Notes under the pieces: generated by a model
The model's input: the letters and a program-made list of their open reading frames with translations, nothing else
Told to the model about the DNA's origin: nothing
Databases searched by the model: none
Origin: Micrococcus luteus NCTC 2665
Lineage (GTDB): Bacteria; Actinomycetota; Actinomycetes; Actinomycetales; Micrococcaceae
Length of the DNA stretch: 32,000 nt
Direction: 5' to 3'
Assembly (NCBI RefSeq): GCF_000023205.1
Contig: NC_012803.1
Location: forward strand, 1,230,001 to 1,262,000
Program-made: the position numbers and the translations under genes
Part shown: piece by piece, positions 18,165 to 25,117 of the stretch
How positions within the stretch are numbered: position 1 is the first letter of the stretch
How the letters are laid out: every line of letters starts with the position of its first letter

Positions 18165-18923
18165 ATGACCGAGCAGGACCTGGCCGGACGCGGCGTCGTC
18201 GTCACCGGCTCCTCCCGCGGCATCGGCGCCGCCACCGCCGAGCTGCTGGCCGCCCGCGGCGCGGGCGTTGTGGTGAACTACCGCCAGAAGGCGCCGCGCG
18301 CGAACAGGGTGGTGCAGAGGATCGAGGACGCCGGCGGCCGCGCCGTGGCCGTGGGCGGCGACGTGACCATCGCCGAGGATCGGGCCGCGCTGCTGGACGC
18401 CGCCGTGGAGCACTTCGGCTCGCTCGACGTGCTCGTGCTCAACGCCTCGGGCGGCATGGAGTCCCAGTTCGGCGAGGACTACGCCATGAAGCTCAACCGT
18501 GACGCCCAGGCCGCGCTGGCCGACGCCGCGCTCGCGCGCATGGGCGCCGGCGGGCAGATCGTGTTCGTGACCTCCCACCAGGCGCACTTCATCGACGAGG
18601 TCGCCACGATGGACTCCTACGAGCCCGTGGCCCGCTCCAAGCGCGCCGGCGAGGACGCCCTGCGCGAGCGCATCCCCGCGTTCACCGAGAAGGGCGTGGG
18701 CTTCGTGGTGGTCTCCGGCGACATGATCGAGGGCACCATCACCGCCACCCTGCTCGACCGCGCCGAGCCCGGTGCCATCGAGGCCCGCCGCGAGGCCGCC
18801 GGCAAGCTCTACTCCGTGGAGGAGTTCGCCGCCGAGATCGCCTCCCTCGTGGGCCGCGAGGACCTCGAAGTCGGCCACACCGAGCTCGTGGGCGGCGCCG
18901 AGGACTTCCTCGGGCAGGACTGA
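18165..18923 (+). CDS. SDR-family oxidoreductase, possible FabL-like enoyl-[ACP] reductase
   Basis: 252 aa. NADP-type TGSSRGIG...NYRQK Rossmann start. The catalytic region has Y-x6-K (YEPVARSK) instead of YxxxK. It starts 37 nt after the fabG stop, with an AGGAAG RBS. The SDR assignment is solid; the enoyl reductase role is inference. Confidence 0.8.
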   Translation: MTEQDLAGRGVVVTGSSRGIGAATAELLAARGAGVVVNYRQKAPRANRVVQRIEDAGGRAVAVGGDVTIAEDRAALLDAAVEHFGSLDVLVLNASGGMESQFGEDYAMKLNRDAQAALADAALARMGAGGQIVFVTSHQAHFIDEVATMDSYEPVARSKRAGEDALRERIPAFTEKGVGFVVVSGDMIEGTITATLLDRAEPGAIEARREAAGKLYSVEEFAAEIASLVGREDLEVGHTELVGGAEDFLGQD

Positions 18924-18943
18924 ACCCCACCACACCCCTGACG

Positions 18944-18976
18944 ACGAGGGCCGGATCCGTGGGATCCGGCCCTCGT
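18944..18976. terminator. bidirectional hairpin between the convergent SDR gene and serB
   Basis: Perfect 15-bp stem ACGAGGGCCGGATCC / GGATCCGGCCCTCGT with loop GTG. Confidence 0.7.
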
Positions 18977-18996
18977 GACCTCCGGGCGCGGGCGCC

Positions 18997-19833
18997 TCAG
19001 AGACCCAGGAGCCACCGCAGGGGGGTGAAGGAGGGCACGTCGACGACGACGTCCGCGTGCTCCCGGAGGATCGGCTTCGCGCACAGCGCCACGCCGCAGC
19101 CGGCCGCCTCGAGCAGATCGATGTCGTTGGCGCCGTCGCCCACGCCGACGGCCTGCTCGGGGGTGAGCCCCGCGTCCTCGGCCCAGGCGCGCAGCATGGC
19201 GGCCTTCGCCGCGCGGTCCACGACGTCGCCGAGCACCCTCCCGGTCAGGTGCCCGTCCCGCACCTCGAGCTCGTTGGCACAGTAGGCGTGCACGCCCCAC
19301 GCCTCGGCCAGCGGGGCGAGCACCTGGGTGAAGCCGCCGGAGACCGCGCACACCCGGCCGCCGGCCGCGGTGACGGCCTCGATCAGCGCGAGGGCTCCGT
19401 CGGTGGGCCGGATGGCCCGCACCACATCCGCCACGACGCCCACGGGCAGCCCCGCGAGCGCCTCGACGCGCGCGTGCAGCGAGGCGGCGAAGTCGAGCTC
19501 ACCGCGCATCGCCCGCTCCGTCACCTCGGCGACCTCGGCCTCGCGGCCGGCGTGGGCAGCGAGCAGCTCGATGACCTCCTGCCGGATCAGCGTGGAGTCC
19601 ACGTCCGTCACCACGAGGGGCACCGGCGCGGCGGCGACCGCCGCCGGCAGCGTGAGCACGTCCCACCCGGAGCCCGGCTCCGGGGCCGCCGCCCACTCGT
19701 CCGCGGTGAAGCGCCAGCCCAGCAGGCCGTCGTCGCTGAGCCGTTCGGCGTCGTCCGGCACGCCGATCGGGGGCACGTCCGTGAGGAGGAGGGCGGGGTC
19801 GGCGGTGACGACGAGGCGGCGCAGGGTGCTCAT
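18997..19833 (-). CDS. serB: phosphoserine phosphatase / HAD-IB hydrolase
   Basis: HAD motif I VVTDVDSTLI, motif IV GDGANDIDLL, and the ...SGGF... core. The track ORF starts at 19842, but TAGGAT (19846-19841) followed by 7 nt and then the ATG at 19833 suggests a leaderless start at 19833. Confidence 0.78.
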   Translation of the reverse strand: MSTLRRLVVTADPALLLTDVPPIGVPDDAERLSDDGLLGWRFTADEWAAAPEPGSGWDVLTLPAAVAAAPVPLVVTDVDSTLIRQEVIELLAAHAGREAEVAEVTERAMRGELDFAASLHARVEALAGLPVGVVADVVRAIRPTDGALALIEAVTAAGGRVCAVSGGFTQVLAPLAEAWGVHAYCANELEVRDGHLTGRVLGDVVDRAAKAAMLRAWAEDAGLTPEQAVGVGDGANDIDLLEAAGCGVALCAKPILREHADVVVDVPSFTPLRWLLGL

Positions 19834-19840
19834 GCGCGGC

Positions 19841-19846
19841 ATCCTA
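19841..19846 (-). promoter_or_regulatory. candidate -10 box TAGGAT for serB, leaderless
   Basis: On the minus strand: TAGGAT, then 7 nt, then ATG 19833. The upstream in-frame ATG at 19842 lies inside the hexamer. Confidence 0.4.
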
Positions 19847-19906
19847 GGTGGGGGTGTGGGCGCGGCCGGGCGTGCGTCGCATCGGCGACGCGCCGGCCGG
19901 CCGGAC

Positions 19907-19912
19907 TAGGCT
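19907..19912 (+). promoter_or_regulatory. candidate -10 box TAGGCT(GGC) for ATPase-TauE-TrmH, leaderless
   Basis: TAGGCT, then 7 nt, then ATG 19920. No RBS. Confidence 0.45.
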
Positions 19913-19919
19913 GGCCCCC

Positions 19920-20744
19920 ATGACCACCCCCGCGCCTCCCGACGACTGGTTCCTCCCAGATGAGGACGCCGTGCTGCAGATGCGCCACGTGCGCGTGCGC
20001 CGCGGCACCACCGACATCCTCGGCCCCCTGGACTGGACGGTCCGCGCGGGGCAGCGGTGGATCGTGATGGGCCCGAACGGCGCGGGCAAGTCGACGCTGC
20101 TCCAGCTGGCCGCGGCCCGCCTGCACCCGACCGCCGGCGACGTCGGCGTGCTGGACGAGGTGCTCGGCGCCGTCGACGTGTTCGAGCTGCGCCCGCGCAT
20201 CGGCCTCTCCTCCGCCCAGCTCGCCGCCCAGGTGCCCGCGAACGAGACCGTGCAGGACGCCGTCGTCACCGCCGCCTACGGGATCACCGGCACGTGGCGC
20301 GAGCGGTACGAGACGGAGGATCGCGCCCGCGCGCTCGGCCTCGTGGCGACCTGGGGGCTCTCCCGCCTCGCGCACCGCGCGTTCGGCACCCTCTCCGACG
20401 GCGAGCGCAAGCGCGTGCTCATCGCCCGCGCCCTGATGACCGACCCCGAGCTGCTCCTGCTGGACGAGCCCGCCGCGGGCCTGGACCTCGCCGGGCGGGA
20501 GGACCTCGTGCGCCAGCTGACGGCGCTCGCCACGGACGAGGACGCGCCCGCACTGGTCCTCGTCACGCACCACCTCGAGGAGGTGCCCCCGGGCTTCACG
20601 CATGCGCTGCTGCTGCGGGCCGGCGGCGTCGTGGCGGCCGGGCCCATCGAGTCGACGCTCACCGAGGAGCACCTCTCCGCGGCGTTCGGCACGGACCTGA
20701 AGGTGACCCGCACCGGCGGTCGGTACACCGCCGTCGCCCGGTGA
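19920..20744 (+). CDS. ABC ATPase, ModF/YlmA-like (COG1119-type), no cognate ABC permease
   Basis: 274 aa from the ATG at 19920. Walker A GPNGAGKST, signature LSDGERKR, Walker B LLLLDEP, H-loop VTHH. Confidence 0.88.
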   Translation: MTTPAPPDDWFLPDEDAVLQMRHVRVRRGTTDILGPLDWTVRAGQRWIVMGPNGAGKSTLLQLAAARLHPTAGDVGVLDEVLGAVDVFELRPRIGLSSAQLAAQVPANETVQDAVVTAAYGITGTWRERYETEDRARALGLVATWGLSRLAHRAFGTLSDGERKRVLIARALMTDPELLLLDEPAAGLDLAGREDLVRQLTALATDEDAPALVLVTHHLEEVPPGFTHALLLRAGGVVAAGPIESTLTEEHLSAAFGTDLKVTRTGGRYTAVAR

Positions 20745-21586
20745 CGGGGCTGCTGACCGCGCAGCTGCTGGGCATGGACCTGTGGCAGGTCCTGCTCGTG
20801 CTGCTCGCGGGGTTCTGGGCCGGCACGATCAACTCTGTGATCGGCTCGGGCACACTCGTCACCTTTCCGACGCTCGTGGCGGTCGGCTTCCCGCCCGTGA
20901 CGGCGCAGGTCTCCAACGCGATGGGCCTGGTGGCCTCGGGCTTCTCCGGCACGTACGGGTACCGCCGCGAGCTGGCCCAGTCCCGGGTGCTCCTGCCGAA
21001 GCTGACCGTCGCGTCGCTGCTCGGCGGGGTCATCGGCGCCGCCCTGCTCACCTCGCTGCCCCCGGCCGTGTTCGGCTACGTCGCGCCGGTGCTGCTCGTG
21101 GTGGCCCTGACGGTCGTCGTGCTGCAGCCGCGCATCCAGCGGTGGGTCCGGCATCGGGCGGAGGACCAGGGGCCGACCCCCGGCGCGGACTCTCCCGTGC
21201 CGGTGGGCCCCGTGACCCCGACGCTGTGGACGCTCGTGTTCCTGACCGGCATCTACGGCGGCTACTTCGTGGCCGCCCAGGGCGTCATGCTCATGGCGAT
21301 CTTCGGCGTGCTGCTGGTGGGCGGCACCCTCGTGCACGCCAACGCGGTGAAGACGTGGCTGTCGCTGGTGGTCAACCTCACCGCCGCCGCGTTCTACCTG
21401 GTCTTCGCCTTCGACCGCATCGACTGGCGGGCCGTGCTGTTGATCGCGCTCTCCTCGCTCGTGGGCGGGCTCGTGGGCGCGCGGATCGGCCGGCGCATCT
21501 CGCCGACGGCGCTGCGCGTCACCATCGTGATCGTGGGCCTGGCCGGGCTGGTGGTCATGGTGATGCGGCAGGTCTCGGGTGGGTGA
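20741..21586 (+). CDS. TauE/SafE-family anion exporter membrane protein
   Basis: This is the C-terminal part of track ORF 20057..21586. GTG 20741 overlaps the ATPase stop (GTGA); the alternative start is ATG 20774. About eight hydrophobic spans, with TINSVIGSGTLVTFPTLVAVG and the duplicated half typical of TauE/SafE. Confidence 0.83.
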   Translation: MTGLLTAQLLGMDLWQVLLVLLAGFWAGTINSVIGSGTLVTFPTLVAVGFPPVTAQVSNAMGLVASGFSGTYGYRRELAQSRVLLPKLTVASLLGGVIGAALLTSLPPAVFGYVAPVLLVVALTVVVLQPRIQRWVRHRAEDQGPTPGADSPVPVGPVTPTLWTLVFLTGIYGGYFVAAQGVMLMAIFGVLLVGGTLVHANAVKTWLSLVVNLTAAAFYLVFAFDRIDWRAVLLIALSSLVGGLVGARIGRRISPTALRVTIVIVGLAGLVVMVMRQVSGG

Positions 21587-22421
21587 GGGCGGGACCCGCG
21601 AGGTGCGCCTGGAGCGGATCGAGGACCTCGCCGACCCCCGCCTGGCCCCCTACACGACCATGACGGACGCGGCCCTGCGCCGTCGCGTCGACGCGGAGCA
21701 CGGCGTCTTCCTCGCCGAGTCCTCCCAGGTGGTCCGCCGCGCGCTGGACGCCGGGCACACCCCGCGCTCCTTCCTGCTGGGGGACCGCTACCGCGGGTCC
21801 TTCGCGGACGTGCTCGCCGCCCATCCTGACGTCCCGGTCTTCACCGGACCCGACGACGTGCTCGAGGCCCTCACCGGGTTCCACCTGCACCGCGGCGCCC
21901 TGGCCGCGATGGACCGCCCCGCACCCCGGCCGCTCGCCGACGTCCTCGCGGGCGCCCGGCGCGTGCTCATCGCCGAGGACGTCGTGGACCACACGAACCT
22001 GGGCGCCGTGGTGCGCTCCGCCGTCGCCCTCGGCTGGGACGCGCTGCTGCTCACGCCGCAGGCCGCCGACCCGCTGTACCGGCGCGCCATCCGCGTCTCG
22101 ATGGGCACGGTGTTCCGCCTGCCGTGGGCGCGCCTGCCCGGTCCGGTCGCCGAGTCGCTGCCCGCGCTGCGGGCGGCCGGGTTCGCGGTGGCCGCCCTCG
22201 AGGTGACGGAGCGCGCCGTGGGCCTGGACTCGCCGGAGATCGAGCCGCTGCGCACCGCCGAGCGCCTGGCCCTCGTCCTCGGCCAGGAGGGGCCGGGGGT
22301 CCGTCCCGAGACCCTCGCCCAGACCGACGCCGACGTCGTCATCCCCATGCCCGACGGCGTCGACTCGCTGAACGTGGCCGCGGCCGCGGCGGTCGCGCTG
22401 TGGGAGCTGCGCGCGCGCTGA
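21579..22421 (+). CDS. TrmH/SpoU-family RNA 2'-O-methyltransferase
   Basis: 280 aa. SPOUT C-terminal motifs NLGAVVRSA, LVLGQEGPGV and VIPMPDGVDSLNVAAAAAVALWEL. The GTG start overlaps the TauE stop by 8 nt. Confidence 0.85.
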   Translation: MGEGGTREVRLERIEDLADPRLAPYTTMTDAALRRRVDAEHGVFLAESSQVVRRALDAGHTPRSFLLGDRYRGSFADVLAAHPDVPVFTGPDDVLEALTGFHLHRGALAAMDRPAPRPLADVLAGARRVLIAEDVVDHTNLGAVVRSAVALGWDALLLTPQAADPLYRRAIRVSMGTVFRLPWARLPGPVAESLPALRAAGFAVAALEVTERAVGLDSPEIEPLRTAERLALVLGQEGPGVRPETLAQTDADVVIPMPDGVDSLNVAAAAAVALWELRAR

Positions 22422-22436
22422 CCGGCCCGGGTGCGG

Positions 22437-22442
22437 TAGAGT
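22437..22442 (+). promoter_or_regulatory. candidate -10 box TAGAGT(GGG) for rpmE2
   Basis: TAnnnT hexamer about 90 nt upstream of ATG 22531. Confidence 0.4.
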
Positions 22443-22530
22443 GGGCGGCTGGCCCGCCGTCCGGCAGGCCCCCTGACCACACCTCTCGCGCCCCTGGTCC
22501 CAATCAGGCGGCTGAAACGAAGGATGCACC

Positions 22531-22788
22531 ATGAAGTCTGAGATCCACCCGGATTACCACTACGTCATCTTCAACGACCTCGCCTCCGGTGAGAAGATCC
22601 TCACCCGCACCACCGCGAACTCCGACAAGACCGCGGAGTGGACCGATGGCAACACCTACCCGGTGATCGACGTCGAGATCTCGGCCGCCTCGCACCCGTT
22701 CTACACGGGCAAGCAGCGCATCATGGACACCGCCGGCCGCGTCGAGCGCTTCAACGCCCGCTTCAAGGGCTTCGGCGGCAAGAAGTGA
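22531..22788 (+). CDS. rpmE2: 50S ribosomal protein L31, type B (Cys-less)
   Basis: 85 aa: [14 protein letters not shown]...[24 protein letters not shown]. It contains no cysteine at all, so the CxxC zinc ribbon is absent. GAAGGA RBS. Confidence 0.95.
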   Translation: MKSEIHPDYHYVIFNDLASGEKILTRTTANSDKTAEWTDGNTYPVIDVEISAASHPFYTGKQRIMDTAGRVERFNARFKGFGGKK

Positions 22789-22821
22789 CCGCGGCGGCCT
22801 GAGCCGCACGCACAGCACGAC

Positions 22822-22868
22822 GACGGGCCCCGCGCCCCCGGAGCGATCCGGGCGGTGCGGGGCCCGTC
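22822..22868 (+). terminator. hairpin downstream of rpmE2
   Basis: Perfect 12-bp stem GACGGGCCCCGC / GCGGGGCCCGTC with a 23-nt loop capable of inner pairing. It ends 10 nt before the lplA -10 box. Confidence 0.55.
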
Positions 22869-22878
22869 GCGTCGCCCG

Positions 22879-22884
22879 TAGGCT
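22879..22884 (+). promoter_or_regulatory. candidate -10 box TAGGCT(GGC) for lplA, leaderless
   Basis: TAGGCT, then 7 nt, then ATG 22892. No RBS. Confidence 0.45.
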
Positions 22885-22891
22885 GGCGGGC

Positions 22892-23950
22892 ATGACGACT
22901 CTCCACGGCGAATACAAGGTGATCGGCGGCAAGCTGGTCGCGGCGGACCTGAGCCTCGCGGACGGCCGGATCGCGACCGCGAGCATCAACGGCGACTTCT
23001 TCCTCGAGCCGGACGAGGCGCTCGAGGACCTCAACGCGGCCGTGGCCGGGCTGTCCGCGGACGCCGAGCACCGCGTCATCCGGGAGGCCGTCGAGCAGGG
23101 CCTGCGACCCGAGGCCGAGCTGTTCGGCGTGGACGCCTTCGCGGTGGCCTCGGCCGTGCGCCGCGCCCTCGGCAAGGCGACCACGTGGGAGGACCACGAG
23201 TGGGAGGTCATCGCGCCGGAGCCGATGCCGATCGCGCTCACCGTGGCCCTGGACGAGGTGCTCACCCGACAGGTGGCCGAGGGACGTCGCAAGCCGACCA
23301 TGCGCCTGTGGCAGTGGAACGAGCCGGCCGTGGTGATCGGCGCCTTCCAGTCGCTCGCCAACGAGGTGGACCCCGAGGGGGCGCGGCGGCACGGCATCAA
23401 CGTGGTGCGGCGGATCTCCGGCGGCGGCGCGATGTTCATGGAGGCGGACAACTGCGTCACGTACTCGCTGCACGTGCCGTCGTCGCTGGTCGACGGGCTG
23501 GAGACGGCGGAGACCTACCCGTTCCTGGACGAGTGGACCATGGACGCGCTCTCCCGACTCGGTGTGCACGCGTTCTACCAGCCGCTCAACGACATCGCCA
23601 CGGACCAGGGGAAGATCGGCGGCGCCGCGCAGAAGCGGGTGGGCGCGGCCGGGCTGCTGCACCACGTGACGATGAGCTATGACATCGACGCGGACAAGAT
23701 GCTCGAGGTGCTGCGCATCGGCCGGGAGAAGCTGCGCGGCAAGGGCGTGGCCTCGGCGAAGAAGCGCGTGGACCCGCTCCGCCGCCAGACCGGCGTCTCC
23801 CGCGCCGAGATCTGGGAGACCATGATGACCACCTTCGAGGAGCGCTACGGCGCACGCCGCGTCGAGCTGGACGAGGCCACCCGTGAGGAGGCCGAGCAGC
23901 TGGCCCGCACCAAGTTCACGACCCCGGAGTGGACCGCGCGGGTGCCCTGA
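22892..23950 (+). CDS. lplA: lipoate-protein ligase, circularly permuted (accessory domain N-terminal)
   Basis: 352 aa. Catalytic-domain motifs RRISGGGAMFMEADNCVTYS and KIGGAAQKR lie in the C-terminal two thirds. The first ~100 aa (YKVIGGKLVAADLSLADGRIATASINGDFFLEP) resemble the LplA C-terminal accessory domain. Confidence 0.88.
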   Translation: MTTLHGEYKVIGGKLVAADLSLADGRIATASINGDFFLEPDEALEDLNAAVAGLSADAEHRVIREAVEQGLRPEAELFGVDAFAVASAVRRALGKATTWEDHEWEVIAPEPMPIALTVALDEVLTRQVAEGRRKPTMRLWQWNEPAVVIGAFQSLANEVDPEGARRHGINVVRRISGGGAMFMEADNCVTYSLHVPSSLVDGLETAETYPFLDEWTMDALSRLGVHAFYQPLNDIATDQGKIGGAAQKRVGAAGLLHHVTMSYDIDADKMLEVLRIGREKLRGKGVASAKKRVDPLRRQTGVSRAEIWETMMTTFEERYGARRVELDEATREEAEQLARTKFTTPEWTARVP

Positions 23951-23993
23951 GCCGCCTGACGGCGTCCCGGCACCGTCCGGCACGCTTCCGTCC

Positions 23994-24044
23994 GGGGGCG
24001 GTTTGCGGTGGTATTCGACGTGAATACCGCCCGAAACCGCCCCC
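23994..24044 (+). terminator. long imperfect hairpin downstream of lplA
   Basis: 23-nt arms GGGGGCGGTTTGCGGTGGTATTC / GAATACCGCCCGAAACCGCCCCC (20 of 23 paired) with loop GACGT. The core GGTATTC-N5-GAATACC is a perfect palindrome. Confidence 0.55.
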
Positions 24045-24075
24045 GACGCGTCGAGGTGTGGCGGGGCGGCTCTGT

Positions 24076-24081
24076 CAGGAT
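24076..24081 (+). promoter_or_regulatory. candidate -10 box CAGGAT for the hypothetical gene, leaderless
   Basis: CAGGAT, then 6 nt, then ATG 24088. A weaker match because it lacks the initial T. Confidence 0.3.
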
Positions 24082-24087
24082 CGGACC

Positions 24088-25041
24088 ATGACCCCCGACG
24101 ACGACGCCCCCGTCCGCCTGATCGCCCGCTCCGACGCCCCGCGGCGCCCACGGTCGACCGTGGACGTCCACTGCGCCCTCGAGCTGGAGCTCGCCTCCGG
24201 CCGCCGCGTGCCTCTGCTCACGGACCGCGGCTGGAGCGCGGACGGCACGTGGGACCTCGTCACGGTCCGCGACCTCGACGAGGCCGCCACCACGGTGACC
24301 GGGCCGGACGAGCCGGGCGGCGGCCGCACGCCTGCCCAGGAGGAGACGCGACACTGGGACGCGCTGGCAGCGGTCGCGGCCGAGGCCGGGGTGCCGGTGG
24401 GGGCCGCAACGTTGCGCGAGCTGCCGCTGGTGGGGGAGACCTCGCCCGAGCTGGCCGCCCTCGTGGACCGGGCGCACCGCGAGGCCCGCGCCCTGAACCG
24501 GCTGCTCGGCGTCCACCCGCTGGCCCTCGGCACGGTCGCGCCGGCCGACGTGCTGGGCGCCGACGCGACCGCCGCGCTGCGGACCGGGCTGGCCGCGGGA
24601 CTCGGCGTCGCGCCGACGGCGTGGGAGGACCCGGGCGTCGTGCTCGCGCCCGCCGCGGACGCCGACCCGGAGCTGCTGCACGTGGTCCTGCTCCACACGA
24701 CCGCGGTGGTCGCCGGGCCACCCGCACTCGTGGCCCGCCTCGCGGACGCCGACGTCTCCGACCTGCTCGACGACGCCTCCCTCGGCGCGCACCTGCGCGG
24801 CCCGGTGGAGGACGTGTCGGCGGCCTGGCTCCACGCGGCCGACCGGCAGGCGCTGTCCCTCGACCCGGACGGCGGGGCCGCGCACGTGGCGCGCCACGCC
24901 GAACTGACGGCCGTGCTGGAGACGCGGCCCGTCGTCGTCGAGCGGGTGGGGATGCGCGACCGGGACGCCCAGCGCGCCGCCGACGCCGTGGGCCTGCGCC
25001 GGGTGGGCCGGGAACGCGTGCTCCGCGTCGCCGCGCCTTGA
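24088..25041 (+). CDS. hypothetical protein (Ala/Asp/Leu-rich, no recognised domain)
   Basis: 317 aa from the ATG at 24088. Strong GC3 codon bias in this frame, like neighbouring real genes. Acidic and soluble-looking, with no motifs I recognise. The competing minus-strand ORFs are Arg/Pro-rich artefacts. Confidence 0.55.
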   Translation: MTPDDDAPVRLIARSDAPRRPRSTVDVHCALELELASGRRVPLLTDRGWSADGTWDLVTVRDLDEAATTVTGPDEPGGGRTPAQEETRHWDALAAVAAEAGVPVGAATLRELPLVGETSPELAALVDRAHREARALNRLLGVHPLALGTVAPADVLGADATAALRTGLAAGLGVAPTAWEDPGVVLAPAADADPELLHVVLLHTTAVVAGPPALVARLADADVSDLLDDASLGAHLRGPVEDVSAAWLHAADRQALSLDPDGGAAHVARHAELTAVLETRPVVVERVGMRDRDAQRAADAVGLRRVGRERVLRVAAP

Positions 25042-25049
25042 GCTGGAAT

Positions 25050-25096
25050 GGTCACGACACGCCGTCTCTCCCGCAGGGACGCGGCGTGTCGTGACC
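25050..25096. terminator. bidirectional hairpin between the convergent hypothetical gene and pepN
   Basis: Perfect 15-bp stem GGTCACGACACGCCG / CGGCGTGTCGTGACC with a 17-nt loop. Confidence 0.6.
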
Positions 25097-25117
25097 ACGA
25101 TGGACCGGGCCGGCGGC

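Noticed and set aside
20057-20740. N-terminal 228 aa of the 509-aa ORF 20057..21586
   Set aside because: It overlaps the ModF-like ATPase gene out of frame and is Arg/Pro/Gly-rich. The TauE-like hydrophobic protein begins at GTG 20741 or ATG 20774.
22422-22530. Looked for a Zur box upstream of the Cys-less L31 gene
   Set aside because: No AT-rich palindrome of the TGAAAATGATTTTCA type is visible, and the region is GC-rich throughout. This cannot be excluded without a PWM scan, so it is reported as an open question in the findings rather than as a feature.
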